64,000 bases of DNA, from the NCBI GenBank assembly GCA_046760105.1, contig JBHIDJ010000005.1, forward strand, positions 4,557 to 68,556, written 5' to 3'. Position numbers and translations under genes: made by a program. The stretch comes from Acidiferrobacterales bacterium. Its GTDB lineage: Bacteria; Pseudomonadota; Gammaproteobacteria; Acidiferrobacterales; SPGG2. Position 1 is the stretch's first letter. Each line of letters starts with the position of its first letter. This document shows positions 21,017 to 30,693 of this stretch, piece by piece. A model generated the notes under the pieces. That model was not told where the DNA came from. It was given only the letters and a program-made list of their open reading frames with translations, and did no database searches.

Positions 21017-22993
21017 ATGACCTCTGACGGCAGTATTAGTAAACCCCTGGGTAGACGGCTTGGCGACTACCAACAGTGGCGCGAGCAGTTGATCGCCAGG
21101 ATCGAGAACTACCAGTCGTGGATCGAGCAACAGGGTCTCGCCGATGGCGAGTCGGATCTGCGCGTCTATGAGCTCATCGACAGCCTTAAATCCGACAAGC
21201 TCACGATTGCAATAGTAGGCGAGTTTTCACGCGGCAAAACCGAACTCATCAATGCGATCTTCTTTGCCGACCACAAACAGCGCTTGCTACCTACAGAGGC
21301 CGGCCGCACCACCATGTGTCCGACGGAGCTGCGCTTCGATGAAGACACACCACCGTCCATCAAGCTGCTGCCGATTGGCACGCGGCACGGCTCTGAGACG
21401 ATCGCCGAACTAAGGCGTTCTTCCGCTTATTGGACCACACTACCGCTCGAGCTCGACTCGCCAACGAAGATAGCTAAGGCGTTTCACGAGATCGTACAAT
21501 CGAGGTCCGTCAGTACAGATGAGGCCCAGTCTTTAGGCCTTTATGACCCCGATACGGCCGCTGGCAGCGAGCAAGTAAGAATCCCCGTGTGGCGTCACGC
21601 GATTATCAATTATCCGCACCCACTGCTAAAGCAGGGGCTCGTGCTGCTCGACACTCCCGGATTGAATGCCCTTGGTAGTGAACCCGAACTGACGATGAGC
21701 ATGCTACCAAATGCACACGTGGTGGTTTTTGTGCTCGCTGCCGACACGGGGGTGACGAGGTCGGATCTGCAAGTGTGGCAAAACCATGTATGTGTGGCGA
21801 AGGGAGATAAGAATGAGGGGCGCATCGTGGTGCTCAATAAAATCGACACGTTGTGGGACGAGTTGCGCGGCCCCGCCGCTGTGTCGGCGAGTATATCGCG
21901 TCAGGCGCAGGAGACCGCAGCCGCGCTGGCCATGAGGAAAAGCCAGGTGCTCCCGGTGTCCGCACAGAAAGGATTGGTCGGCAAAGTCAAGGAGGACAAC
22001 GAACTTGTCGAGAAAAGCGGGTTACCGGTGCTCGAGACCAAGTTGTCAGAGGACATCGTCCCCGCTAAACAAGCGCTCATCCGTGAAAAGGTCGTACAAG
22101 AAATTGGCAGTATAGTCGAAACCACCGCGGCGACGGTCGATGCAAGGCTGTCCGCGACGAACGCAGAACTCAAGGAGCTCAAAGGAATGAGTGGAAAGAA
22201 TCGAGACGTTATTCAAAACATGATGGCGAAGAGACAACAGGATAAAGAAGCCTACAACAAAAAGCTGGCAAATCTTGAAAACACCCACCGCCAGCTCGGT
22301 GAGCAAGCTAAAATCCTGTTGACGTACCTGAGCATCGAAGCGTTCGATGCTCTAATCGACAAAACACGCAAGGAAATGAAGGACAGCTGGACCACGCATG
22401 GACTTAAGCGCGGGATGAAGACGTTCTTCGACGGCGCCATGCAAACAATGCGAAAGGTCCGCAAACAAACCGAACATATCAAGGGAATGGTCGAGGGGAT
22501 CTATCAGCAGTTCCAGATCGAGCATGGGCTCGCCAAAATCAAGCTCGAGAGCTTCGCATTGGAGCCTTACTACCGGGAGCTTACACGCTTATACAAAGAG
22601 GCCGAGGTATTCCGCAATAGCCCGACTATGGTCATGACCGAACAGCATTTTGTGGTCAAGCGGTTTTTTATCACGTTGGTGAGCCGTGCACGTCAACTGT
22701 TCGACGAAACCAACAAAGGTAGCGAGGCATGGAGTCGTGCCATAATGGCGCCCGTGTTTGCCCGCATCCGCGAGCACGAGCTGACAATGGATCAACGCGT
22801 CGAAAATCTGAAGAAAATTAACCGGAACCTGGAAACACTCAACGGGCGCATTGCTGAGCTGGAAGCCCTCAAGCAAACGCTGGAAAGTCAACAACAAGTC
22901 AACCAGGATATCCTGAAGGGCATCAACCAGCCGTTACCAGCAAACAAAGAAATTGAGCCCGGGTGTGCGGCCACCGCCCACGGCGCGCTGTAG
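21017..22993 (+). CDS. bacterial dynamin-like GTPase
   Basis: 658 aa. G1 is IAIVGEFSRGKTELINAIF, G3 is LLDTPGLNA and G4 is VLNKID. A long helical/coiled-coil C-terminal region follows. Confidence 0.85.
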   Translation: MTSDGSISKPLGRRLGDYQQWREQLIARIENYQSWIEQQGLADGESDLRVYELIDSLKSDKLTIAIVGEFSRGKTELINAIFFADHKQRLLPTEAGRTTMCPTELRFDEDTPPSIKLLPIGTRHGSETIAELRRSSAYWTTLPLELDSPTKIAKAFHEIVQSRSVSTDEAQSLGLYDPDTAAGSEQVRIPVWRHAIINYPHPLLKQGLVLLDTPGLNALGSEPELTMSMLPNAHVVVFVLAADTGVTRSDLQVWQNHVCVAKGDKNEGRIVVLNKIDTLWDELRGPAAVSASISRQAQETAAALAMRKSQVLPVSAQKGLVGKVKEDNELVEKSGLPVLETKLSEDIVPAKQALIREKVVQEIGSIVETTAATVDARLSATNAELKELKGMSGKNRDVIQNMMAKRQQDKEAYNKKLANLENTHRQLGEQAKILLTYLSIEAFDALIDKTRKEMKDSWTTHGLKRGMKTFFDGAMQTMRKVRKQTEHIKGMVEGIYQQFQIEHGLAKIKLESFALEPYYRELTRLYKEAEVFRNSPTMVMTEQHFVVKRFFITLVSRARQLFDETNKGSEAWSRAIMAPVFARIREHELTMDQRVENLKKINRNLETLNGRIAELEALKQTLESQQQVNQDILKGINQPLPANKEIEPGCAATAHGAL

Positions 22994-23706
22994 TCAAAGA
23001 CGTGGCTGGCCTAGCGACTCTAGACACACGTCGGCGTGGGTCAATCACGCATACTCATCAACCGCCGAATAAGCTGCAGTCGTTTCGGTATGCCGAAAAG
23101 TGTCGAGATAGGTGGCGATTCTCTTATCGCTGAGCGGCTGTGGAATATCTGTCGCGGGCTCCGTCCATAAGAACGCGTCCGATAAGGCCTCAACCGTTAC
23201 TGTCTTACTAGCCAGTATCTCCGCATCGATAATGCGTTTGTGGCGCGCTTCAGCCTGCCTTGCGGCACTATCGGTAACATCCCTGCTCGACTCGACCGCA
23301 CGCCCGTGCGCAGACGGCGTGCGCGCAGCGCGAGTTTACATCGATCGGGTGCTAGCTATCGCTTCCGCCCAGAACGAAATTTGCAAAGAGCACAGACCGG
23401 CCATTCTAGCCGACCGCCCAACACAACCTAACTTCAACCCCAACCCCGCTGAAGTCCACAAGGTTCTTATGTCTACTTCTTAGTCTGGAAAAATGTGCTC
23501 CAGGATTGCCAACAGATGAACGGTGCGATGCGGGGGATGAACGGTTAATCTCTTGTGAAACGGCGCGTATTCTGCCGCGTGTGCTTAGGTACACCCAAAC
23601 TTACACGACGACGCAACGGACATGCAACTGCGAAAAGACAGTCTACAATAGAGTGAGACATTCAAGACGCCCCGGGGTGGGCAATTTCTGAAATACGGAG
23701 GCAGTA

Positions 23707-23790
23707 ATGAAATTGAAGGCGGAAAAAGATCCCAAAAAGTACCTGGTACTGGCGGTCTTGATCGGTGTATTCATTTGGCTCCTGATGTAA
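23707..23790 (+). CDS. 27-aa small hydrophobic (single-TM) peptide
   Basis: MKLKAEKDPKKYLVLAVLIGVFIWLLM. GGAGG lies 5 nt upstream of the ATG, a TACAAT -10 box is at 23644-23649, and a strong palindromic terminator starts 55 nt downstream. It is too short for the ORF track. No homology evidence. Confidence 0.45.
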   Translation: MKLKAEKDPKKYLVLAVLIGVFIWLLM

Positions 23791-23844
23791 CAGCGCGAAC
23801 CAAACGAACCTTCGACAAGCATCACGACTCTCAAATAAGCTAAT

Positions 23845-23876
23845 CGGCGGGGATTGTGATATCACAATCCCCGCCG
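23845..23876. terminator. bidirectional terminator (32-nt perfect palindrome)
   Basis: cggcggggattgtgat|atcacaatccccgccg is a perfect inverted repeat between convergent transcription units, with T-rich flanks on both strands (ttcgtttg and, on the minus strand, attagcttatttg). Confidence 0.7.
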
Positions 23877-23966
23877 TTCGTTTGCGCTTACGCTGGTGCC
23901 CAGCGAAACCATAGAAGAGTAAACATAGTACGCGGTCAAGGAACACGCGACGACGTCAGGGGCGCC

Positions 23967-25112
23967 CTATCCGCGAGGCGCACGCTCGACCACCGCGGCC
24001 ATGGCGTCTTCTTGTGCTTCCATGCTTCGCACGAGCTGAAACTGGTTGCGGCAGCGGTCAAGATTGTGATCTGCGTGTGCGGTCTTGAAATAGATGTCTC
24101 CTTCAAGGTAATCGGTCAAGAAGCGTATTCCCGTCTCGAATGTTATGAGCTTTCCCGCAAACGGCAAGAGATCGAGCTCGCGTTCGTTGAGCACGATCGC
24201 CTGCAGATAACCCTTCACCAGTGCCTCGAATATCGGCAGCCGCATGTAGACCCGACTGAGGTCACGCGCGTCTTCGCTCGCCGGGCTCGTACTCGTGCGC
24301 ACTAGATCACCGAAGTCATAGAGCACGAGCCCTGGCATGACGGTATCCAAATCGATGATGCAGAGCGCCTCGTCGCTCACTGCATCGAACAGCACGTTGT
24401 TGATCTTTGTGTCATTGTGGGTCACACGCTCAGGAAGTTCACCGCGCGCGTGAAACCCGGAAATGGTGTTAACGATTGACTCACGCTCCCGCGCGAAGTC
24501 AATCTCTTGGTGAGCGCGCGCCGCGCGCCCACACACATCTGCTTTTATCGCCTGATCCAGGTTCTGATAGCGTTTTGGCGTGTGGTGAAAGTTTGGAACC
24601 GTATCGTGCAGCCGTGGCCCGGTTAGGTCCGTCAGTAACTGTCCAAACTGCCCGAATGCCGCGGCCGCACGGTACGCCAACGCCGGCGGGCCGACAACGT
24701 TATGGATGCGTGTGCCCTCAATATACAGGTAGGTTCGCCAACAGCGGCCCGCCTGATCGAGATAATACGGCTTGCCGTCGCACCCTGGGATAAGCGTGAG
24801 CACACGACGGTCGATATCTGGCGTGCTTTCGCGCTCAAGTCTGGTATGCATGTGTCGAAGCACGCGCGCGATGTTATCCATCACGTGCTCCGGGTTAGGA
24901 AATACGTGCTGGTTGATACACTGGTGGATATAACGGATGGTGTGACCACCCTCCGTGTACGTGGCAAGGTAAGTGTCATGAATGTGGCCGCTTCTCAGTG
25001 CTACCGCATCCACGAGCCGGTCGCGTATGCTAAAGCGGTCCGCGATGCTCGAGACCGTTTCCCTTGCAGAAGAAGGCTGCTGTGAACGAGGCTTGGGTGG
25101 CCATCTTGACAA
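23967..25112 (-). CDS. phosphotransferase-family (APH / NahK-like) kinase
   Basis: 381 aa with VTHNDTKINNVLFD (catalytic loop HxDxxxxN) and IDLDTVMPGLVLYDFGD (DxD/DFG-like), typical of the aminoglycoside-phosphotransferase / sugar-1-kinase fold. Sits 54 nt downstream of icd on the same strand. Confidence 0.75.
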   Translation of the reverse strand: MSRWPPKPRSQQPSSARETVSSIADRFSIRDRLVDAVALRSGHIHDTYLATYTEGGHTIRYIHQCINQHVFPNPEHVMDNIARVLRHMHTRLERESTPDIDRRVLTLIPGCDGKPYYLDQAGRCWRTYLYIEGTRIHNVVGPPALAYRAAAAFGQFGQLLTDLTGPRLHDTVPNFHHTPKRYQNLDQAIKADVCGRAARAHQEIDFARERESIVNTISGFHARGELPERVTHNDTKINNVLFDAVSDEALCIIDLDTVMPGLVLYDFGDLVRTSTSPASEDARDLSRVYMRLPIFEALVKGYLQAIVLNERELDLLPFAGKLITFETGIRFLTDYLEGDIYFKTAHADHNLDRCRNQFQLVRSMEAQEDAMAAVVERAPRG

Positions 25113-25166
25113 CGTTGCGAAACCTTCCCCGTTGTCGCGCTGCGCGGTAGTGGGCGCCTTAGACGT

Positions 25167-26933
25167 TTAGTCCTCGGCGTCCCAACCAAATTCCTCGACG
25201 ATGCGAAACAGATCAGTCTCGGAGACGATGCCGACCGGGGTGTTCTTGGCTTCGACGATAACGCGGCGGATCCTATTGTCCGCCATTGTCTTAGAAACCA
25301 TTCGCAGCGTAAGGTTGGCCGAAACAGTGACCAACGGTTTGCTGGCGATTTCCCCTACCTTGATGTTGGCTGCCGACCTGTTAGCGCTAACAATCTTCAC
25401 GACGATGTCGCGCTGCGTCATTATGCCCCATCCCCCATCACCATTCGGCTCTACCAGAATCGAGCTGATACCGTTCTCACGCATGCAGTGCATCGCATCT
25501 TCGACTGTCGCGTCGGCGGATATGCTCTTTATGGGAGACATCACGCCAGCAGCCGTCAGCGGCTGGCGACCAGAAGCCTTCATGGCTTCTACTGGGTTAG
25601 CCACGCGTTGCGCCTCGCGCTCCTTGCGCTCCCGATTCAAGGCCTCGCGACGCTCCCGCTCAAAACGTGCAAGATCCTCGTGGCCTCCAGTGATCCTTGC
25701 GATCAAGGCATCCGCGAATGTGCTGGTCGAGATCGTATGGGCACCTTTCATTAGCCGGGCAAAGTCGTAGGTGACAAACTTCTCGCCAATTACCTTTGGG
25801 TAGGCGGCATTAACTAGATCAGCTGCTTCTTTCCAACCCATGTACTCGAGCATCATGACGCCGGACAAGAGCAGTGAGCTCGGGTTTACTTTGTTCTGGT
25901 CGGCATACTTGGGGGCGGTACCGTGTGTCGCCTCGAAGACAGCTACCGCGTCACCGATATTCGCCCCGGGCGCAATACCAATGCCACCTACCTCAGCTGC
26001 AACCGCATCGGACAGATAGTCCCCGTTCAAGTTCATGGTTGCAATGACATCGAACTCACGCGGTCGTAACTGTAGTAGCTGAAAAATGACGTCGGCGATC
26101 CGGTCCTTGATAAGGATTTTCCCGGCAGGCTGCTTACCGCCAAACTGATTGTAGAGCTCCTCTTCCGTCACGGTATAGTCATTGAACTCCTCCTTGGCCA
26201 GTTCGTAGCCCCAGTTGCGAAACGCACCTTCGGTGTATTTCATAATATTGCCTTTGTGCACCAGGGTAACGCTCTCGCGACCATGGTCGACTGCATACTG
26301 GATCGCTTTGCGAACGAGACGCTTGCTCCCGAACGGGCTAATCGGCTTCACGCCAAGGCCGGCATGGTCAAAAAACTTTGCACCCATCTCCTCGCGTAAG
26401 AAACGTGCAAGCTTCTCGTTCTCAGGCGTGCCACTTGGATACTCGATGCCGGCATATACGTCTTCCGTGTTTTCGCGGAAGATCACTACATCCACTTCTT
26501 CGGGATGTCGCAGCGGCGAGGGAACGCCGTGGTAGTAGCGCACTGGCCGCACACAGGCGTACAGATCCAGTGCTTGCCGCAACGATACGTTGAGGGACCG
26601 GAAACCACCACCGATAGGCGTCGTTAAGGGGCCTTTGATCGCAATAACCAGTTCCGTAATCGCGTCCAGTGTTTCCTTCGGAAAGTAGTCACCGTCATAA
26701 AGCGCGGCTGCCTTCTCCCCCATATAGAGCTCGCACCAGTGGACCTTGCGCTTGCCATGGTAGGCTTTGTCCACTGCAGCGTCCCATACACGCAGGCTCG
26801 CCCTCGTGATGTCCGGGCCGATACCGTCGCCCTCTACAAAGCCCACAATGGGATTATCCGGTACACGTAGCTTGCCTTTGCTTGCCGAGATTTTCTCGCC
26901 ATTTGTGGGGAGGGTGACGTGTTTGTATTTCAT
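25167..26933 (-). CDS. icd: NADP-dependent isocitrate dehydrogenase fused to a C-terminal CBS-domain pair
   Basis: Residues 1 to ~415 are colinear with E. coli Icd ([31 protein letters not shown]). A charged linker follows ([19 protein letters not shown]), then ~135 aa with two CBS-like repeats (..[23 protein letters not shown].. and ..[29 protein letters not shown]). Confidence 0.9.
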   Translation of the reverse strand: MKYKHVTLPTNGEKISASKGKLRVPDNPIVGFVEGDGIGPDITRASLRVWDAAVDKAYHGKRKVHWCELYMGEKAAALYDGDYFPKETLDAITELVIAIKGPLTTPIGGGFRSLNVSLRQALDLYACVRPVRYYHGVPSPLRHPEEVDVVIFRENTEDVYAGIEYPSGTPENEKLARFLREEMGAKFFDHAGLGVKPISPFGSKRLVRKAIQYAVDHGRESVTLVHKGNIMKYTEGAFRNWGYELAKEEFNDYTVTEEELYNQFGGKQPAGKILIKDRIADVIFQLLQLRPREFDVIATMNLNGDYLSDAVAAEVGGIGIAPGANIGDAVAVFEATHGTAPKYADQNKVNPSSLLLSGVMMLEYMGWKEAADLVNAAYPKVIGEKFVTYDFARLMKGAHTISTSTFADALIARITGGHEDLARFERERREALNRERKEREAQRVANPVEAMKASGRQPLTAAGVMSPIKSISADATVEDAMHCMRENGISSILVEPNGDGGWGIMTQRDIVVKIVSANRSAANIKVGEIASKPLVTVSANLTLRMVSKTMADNRIRRVIVEAKNTPVGIVSETDLFRIVEEFGWDAED

Positions 26934-27032
26934 GGAACGCTCCTACGGCATGGGCCAAAATATGACGTGACAGAAATGTAGTATCTCCCGTGTTCAAAAT
27001 GCAAGGCCAGAATATTGGCTGATCGATATCAC

Positions 27033-29198
27033 TCAATCTAAGATCGCTGACAACGGTGGGCGGCTACGGTGCGGTGGCGGAATCAAGGTGGCACCACTGC
27101 GTTGATCCAGCAAAACCTTGAGCGGCGAATCCAGTACCGGCCATTGGCCTTTCAACACATTGCGTGGGGCGTTACCCTCGAACACGAGGTAGCTGTACTT
27201 ACCGTAGTGTGGGAGCTTTCGCGCCAATCCCGCAAAAGCCATCGGATCGTCGCAGGCGAGCCACGCTAACGTGTGGGCGTCGTTTTTCGGATGCCTGGCT
27301 GCAACGACGACGGCTTCCCGAGGGCGTTCGACATCCCATTCGCCGATGCGAGCACCGTTGTACCGAAAGGACAGTTGTTGAGCAGCCAATGCGGCCACGA
27401 ATTGGGAACGGAACCGGTTTGCCCAGCCGAACAACCAGATGGACCTATCCGAAGGTAAACTCTCGAGTGCATTATCCCAGCGCCACTGAATCCCAGCGCC
27501 AGCGCGCGCCCAGCGCTGCGCGAGATCGCGGTACTGGGTTCGAGTAGCACTGGGCTCGTCAGCGGCCACGATGATCAGCATCCGTTCGCTAGCAAAGAGT
27601 TGTCCTAATGATGGAGGCATTTCGTTGCGCTCGAGCCGCCGGAAGACGTCGAACGCAGGATCGACCTCCAGCAACCAGGGACGTGCCGGCACAGCAAAAC
27701 TAAGCTCCGCTCGCCGCTCGCTCATCACGATTGTCGTCTCGAAAGGCTGGTCATGCGCCTTCAAGTGAATCACTACCGGGATGCGAAGCACATACGTGGG
27801 ACCTGTCTGGACCTGTTCCAAAACGCCAACAACGCGGTAGTCGCCACCGTACCGACGCACGCGAAGCTTGTCTATGCGCAAACGCGGGGCTCCTGTGCGC
27901 TGTAGCCATTGTGTAAACTCGCTGCCAAGATCAAGTCCGCTTGCAACCTCAAGTGCGTGCTGGATCTCCGCATAGCTAACCCGGCGAAACCGGTTGGCGT
28001 CGTAGAAACGCCGAAGTCCCTCTATGAACGTGGCATCCCCAAGGTGCAGCCGCAGCATGTGAAAGAACATGAGCGTCTTGCCATAACCCACCGCCTGGCT
28101 TATATCTCCGTGCCGGCCGCGAAATTCAGTAAGCGGAAAATCCCGCGTGCTACTGACATAGTCGCTGTACTTCTGCAGGACGCTGCGACGATATTCAGCC
28201 CCTTTGCCTCGTCGCTCTTGCATAAGGTGGTCGGCCAAATAGGCAGTTAGACCTTCGCTCCAATTGCCGCCAGCGGCCGCGACGTACACGCCATTGCCCC
28301 ACCAGTTGTGAAGAATCTCATGAGGGTAGGAAGAATCAACGATGAACGGTAGACGAATCACGCGTTGACCGAGTAGGGTGAAAGACGGCATACCGTAACC
28401 CGACTCCCAGAAATTCTCGATCAGCACAAACTTTTCGTAGGGATATGGCCCCAACAGCCGACTGTATAGATCGATGTACCGGACCGTAGCGTCGAGATAC
28501 ATTGTCGCCAACGCATCATCTGGACCGTGCAGCAGTACCAAGGCTGCGTTCCGCCCGGCCTCACGCTGGTATACGCGATACCGCCCAGCGACCAGCAGAA
28601 TCTGCTCCTGGGGCCTATGCTCACGCCAGCGGATTCGTGACAAATCACTGCCGGCGTCTGTTCGCCGTTCCACCCCTTGACTCACCGCCGACCAGCCCGC
28701 CGGTAAGTCAACTTCTAGGGAAAAGGTCAATAGTGGTCCACCGAAATCGGGGTACCAATAGCTCGATGCCGCGAGATAGACGCCGTCGGTGGAGATCAGC
28801 CCGGGTGTCGTACGGCCAGCCTTACCGTAACGTGGGTCTGACTCAACTAATGAGTGCGCAATCGTGCCACGGTACCGCAATGTGAAATGCCTCTGCGCCG
28901 ATGTCAGACGTAGCCGGAAGCGCTCCACAGGTACCGTGGCGTTGGCTCCACCGTCACGCATAAGCACGATCCCTGGCTCTTCGATGGAAGGGTGCAGCCC
29001 GGCATGGAGTAAGAATGAGAACTCATGCTCGCGCGCGATCATGCTCTGCGGCAGGGTGATCGTGTCACGCGCTTGCAGCTCCCCACTCGCTGGATGAACC
29101 GAGAGCTTGAGATCGTGATGGATCACCGATCCCGCAAAGGCCGGCATGCTAAGGACAAACAGCGTGATCCGAAACAGCTTGCGAAAAATTGCGCTCAT
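27033..29198 (-). CDS. M1-family (gluzincin) metallopeptidase, secreted
   Basis: HEILHNWWGN followed by WSEGLTAYL (HEXXH-X18-E). Start trimmed to the ATG at 29198, giving the signal-like MSAIFRKLFRITLFVLSMPAFAG. It carries a ~250-aa C-terminal region of unknown function. Confidence 0.8.
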   Translation of the reverse strand: MSAIFRKLFRITLFVLSMPAFAGSVIHHDLKLSVHPASGELQARDTITLPQSMIAREHEFSFLLHAGLHPSIEEPGIVLMRDGGANATVPVERFRLRLTSAQRHFTLRYRGTIAHSLVESDPRYGKAGRTTPGLISTDGVYLAASSYWYPDFGGPLLTFSLEVDLPAGWSAVSQGVERRTDAGSDLSRIRWREHRPQEQILLVAGRYRVYQREAGRNAALVLLHGPDDALATMYLDATVRYIDLYSRLLGPYPYEKFVLIENFWESGYGMPSFTLLGQRVIRLPFIVDSSYPHEILHNWWGNGVYVAAAGGNWSEGLTAYLADHLMQERRGKGAEYRRSVLQKYSDYVSSTRDFPLTEFRGRHGDISQAVGYGKTLMFFHMLRLHLGDATFIEGLRRFYDANRFRRVSYAEIQHALEVASGLDLGSEFTQWLQRTGAPRLRIDKLRVRRYGGDYRVVGVLEQVQTGPTYVLRIPVVIHLKAHDQPFETTIVMSERRAELSFAVPARPWLLEVDPAFDVFRRLERNEMPPSLGQLFASERMLIIVAADEPSATRTQYRDLAQRWARAGAGIQWRWDNALESLPSDRSIWLFGWANRFRSQFVAALAAQQLSFRYNGARIGEWDVERPREAVVVAARHPKNDAHTLAWLACDDPMAFAGLARKLPHYGKYSYLVFEGNAPRNVLKGQWPVLDSPLKVLLDQRSGATLIPPPHRSRPPLSAILD

Positions 29199-29268
29199 CG
29201 CCTTGCTATCCTCGCTGCAACAAGCACGCGGCACCCAAAACAGCATTTCCAGGGTACAATGTCATGAA

Positions 29269-30486
29269 ATGACGGTACCGGTCAGGCGACCATTATTCAT
29301 GCGAATCTTCACACTATGTCTCGCGTTGGTGGGCATGATTACACTGTTGTCGTGTCAAAAAACAGGACACCCCCGCCTTGAATCAGTAGCAACATACAAA
29401 CGCCCATCGGGCCAGTTGGCTGTTCGTCATGACGTCAAGGCCATTGACTTGCGTGCGCTATCGGACTTAGACACGATCATCCCACGGCTAGCGGAACAGC
29501 AGGTCGTGTTCATCGGCGAGATCCACGATCGATTCGACCATCACCTCGCACAGCTGGAAATCATCCGGGCGCTTCACGCTATTCACGATAATCTCGTGAT
29601 TGCGGTGGAATATTTCCAGGCACCGTTTCAGCGGTATCTCGACGCCTATGTTGCTGGTGATGTCGATGAAAAGACCTTGTTGAAGGAAACAGAATACTTT
29701 AGCCGCTGGGGGTTTGACTATCGGCTTTACCGCCCAATCATCGAATATGCACGTAAACACGGGATTCCGCTGATCGCCCTCAATCTGCCCGCAGAGATAA
29801 GCAGAAAGGTAGCCCGCTCGGGCTTGGACGGTTTGAACGACAAGGAAAGGGGGCAAATCCCACGCGAAATCGACCGTTCAGATGATGCATACCGCGAGCG
29901 TCTACGCAGCGTATTCGAAAAACATCGCCAGCAAAACACCAGTCTAACCAATTTCGACTATTTCGTGCAGGCGCAGTTACTCTGGGATGAGGCGATGGCG
30001 GAGCATGCCGCCAACTATCTGCGCAGGCATCCCACGCAGCACATGGTCATTCTCGCGGGTAACGGACACTTGCTCTATGGCGCCGGAATACCCCGCCGGC
30101 TGATGCGCCGCATACGGGTCCGCAGCGCCATCGTGATCAATGCTAGCGATGAATTACCGCATCCAGATATGGCGGACTTTCTACTGTTCCCCGCCATGAT
30201 CAGCCTGCCGCCGGCCGCTAGGCTCGGCATATACATGCAAAGCCGCAACCACAGCGTTGTAATCGAAGACTTGGTTCCCGGAGGCGCGGCCATAACCGCC
30301 GGCCTAAAGAAGGGCGATCAGATTGTGGAGGTGAACGCTGATGTGGTAGCCACTCCGAGCGATGTGAAACTTGCGTTACTCGACAAGCAACCAAACGATC
30401 GTATAACCGTCGTCGTTAAGCGCGCTGATGATCATGCTGGTCACCGCTTGATCAACTTCGAAGTCGTGTTGACGGCATCTCATTGA
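29269..30486 (+). CDS. ChaN/Tiki-superfamily (DUF399) lipoprotein with a C-terminal PDZ domain
   Basis: VVFIGEIHDRFDHHLAQLEII.. is typical of ChaN-like haem-binding/erythromycin-esterase-like proteins. The C-terminus has GGAAITAGLKKGDQIVEVN (PDZ). Start at ATG 29269 (or 29299) gives a signal peptide with lipobox LLS-C. Confidence 0.7.
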   Translation: MTVPVRRPLFMRIFTLCLALVGMITLLSCQKTGHPRLESVATYKRPSGQLAVRHDVKAIDLRALSDLDTIIPRLAEQQVVFIGEIHDRFDHHLAQLEIIRALHAIHDNLVIAVEYFQAPFQRYLDAYVAGDVDEKTLLKETEYFSRWGFDYRLYRPIIEYARKHGIPLIALNLPAEISRKVARSGLDGLNDKERGQIPREIDRSDDAYRERLRSVFEKHRQQNTSLTNFDYFVQAQLLWDEAMAEHAANYLRRHPTQHMVILAGNGHLLYGAGIPRRLMRRIRVRSAIVINASDELPHPDMADFLLFPAMISLPPAARLGIYMQSRNHSVVIEDLVPGGAAITAGLKKGDQIVEVNADVVATPSDVKLALLDKQPNDRITVVVKRADDHAGHRLINFEVVLTASH

Positions 30487-30693
30487 TCAGTAGGTTTGAA
30501 GTTTGTCACCGAAATAATTTTCGTACAACAGTACAAGTCACTCAGAGCAACACAGGAGTTTGATAAACTTGCGACATGACAAATCACCGAAGGAACGCTT
30601 CAAGTATAACTATACGTTTCTAGATGAACCCTGCGCGCCTATAAGCGCCAAGCGACATGCTCGACATCCAGAAACCGTAAGACGCTGACCGAC

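Noticed and set aside
23112-23483. 123-aa plus-strand ORF with an apparent lipobox (MAILLSLSG-C).
   Set aside because: GTG start without an RBS. The signal would be only 9 residues with no basic n-region, and no recognisable family. It overlaps an equally long antisense frame. Left uncalled (see the finding on the ambiguous region).
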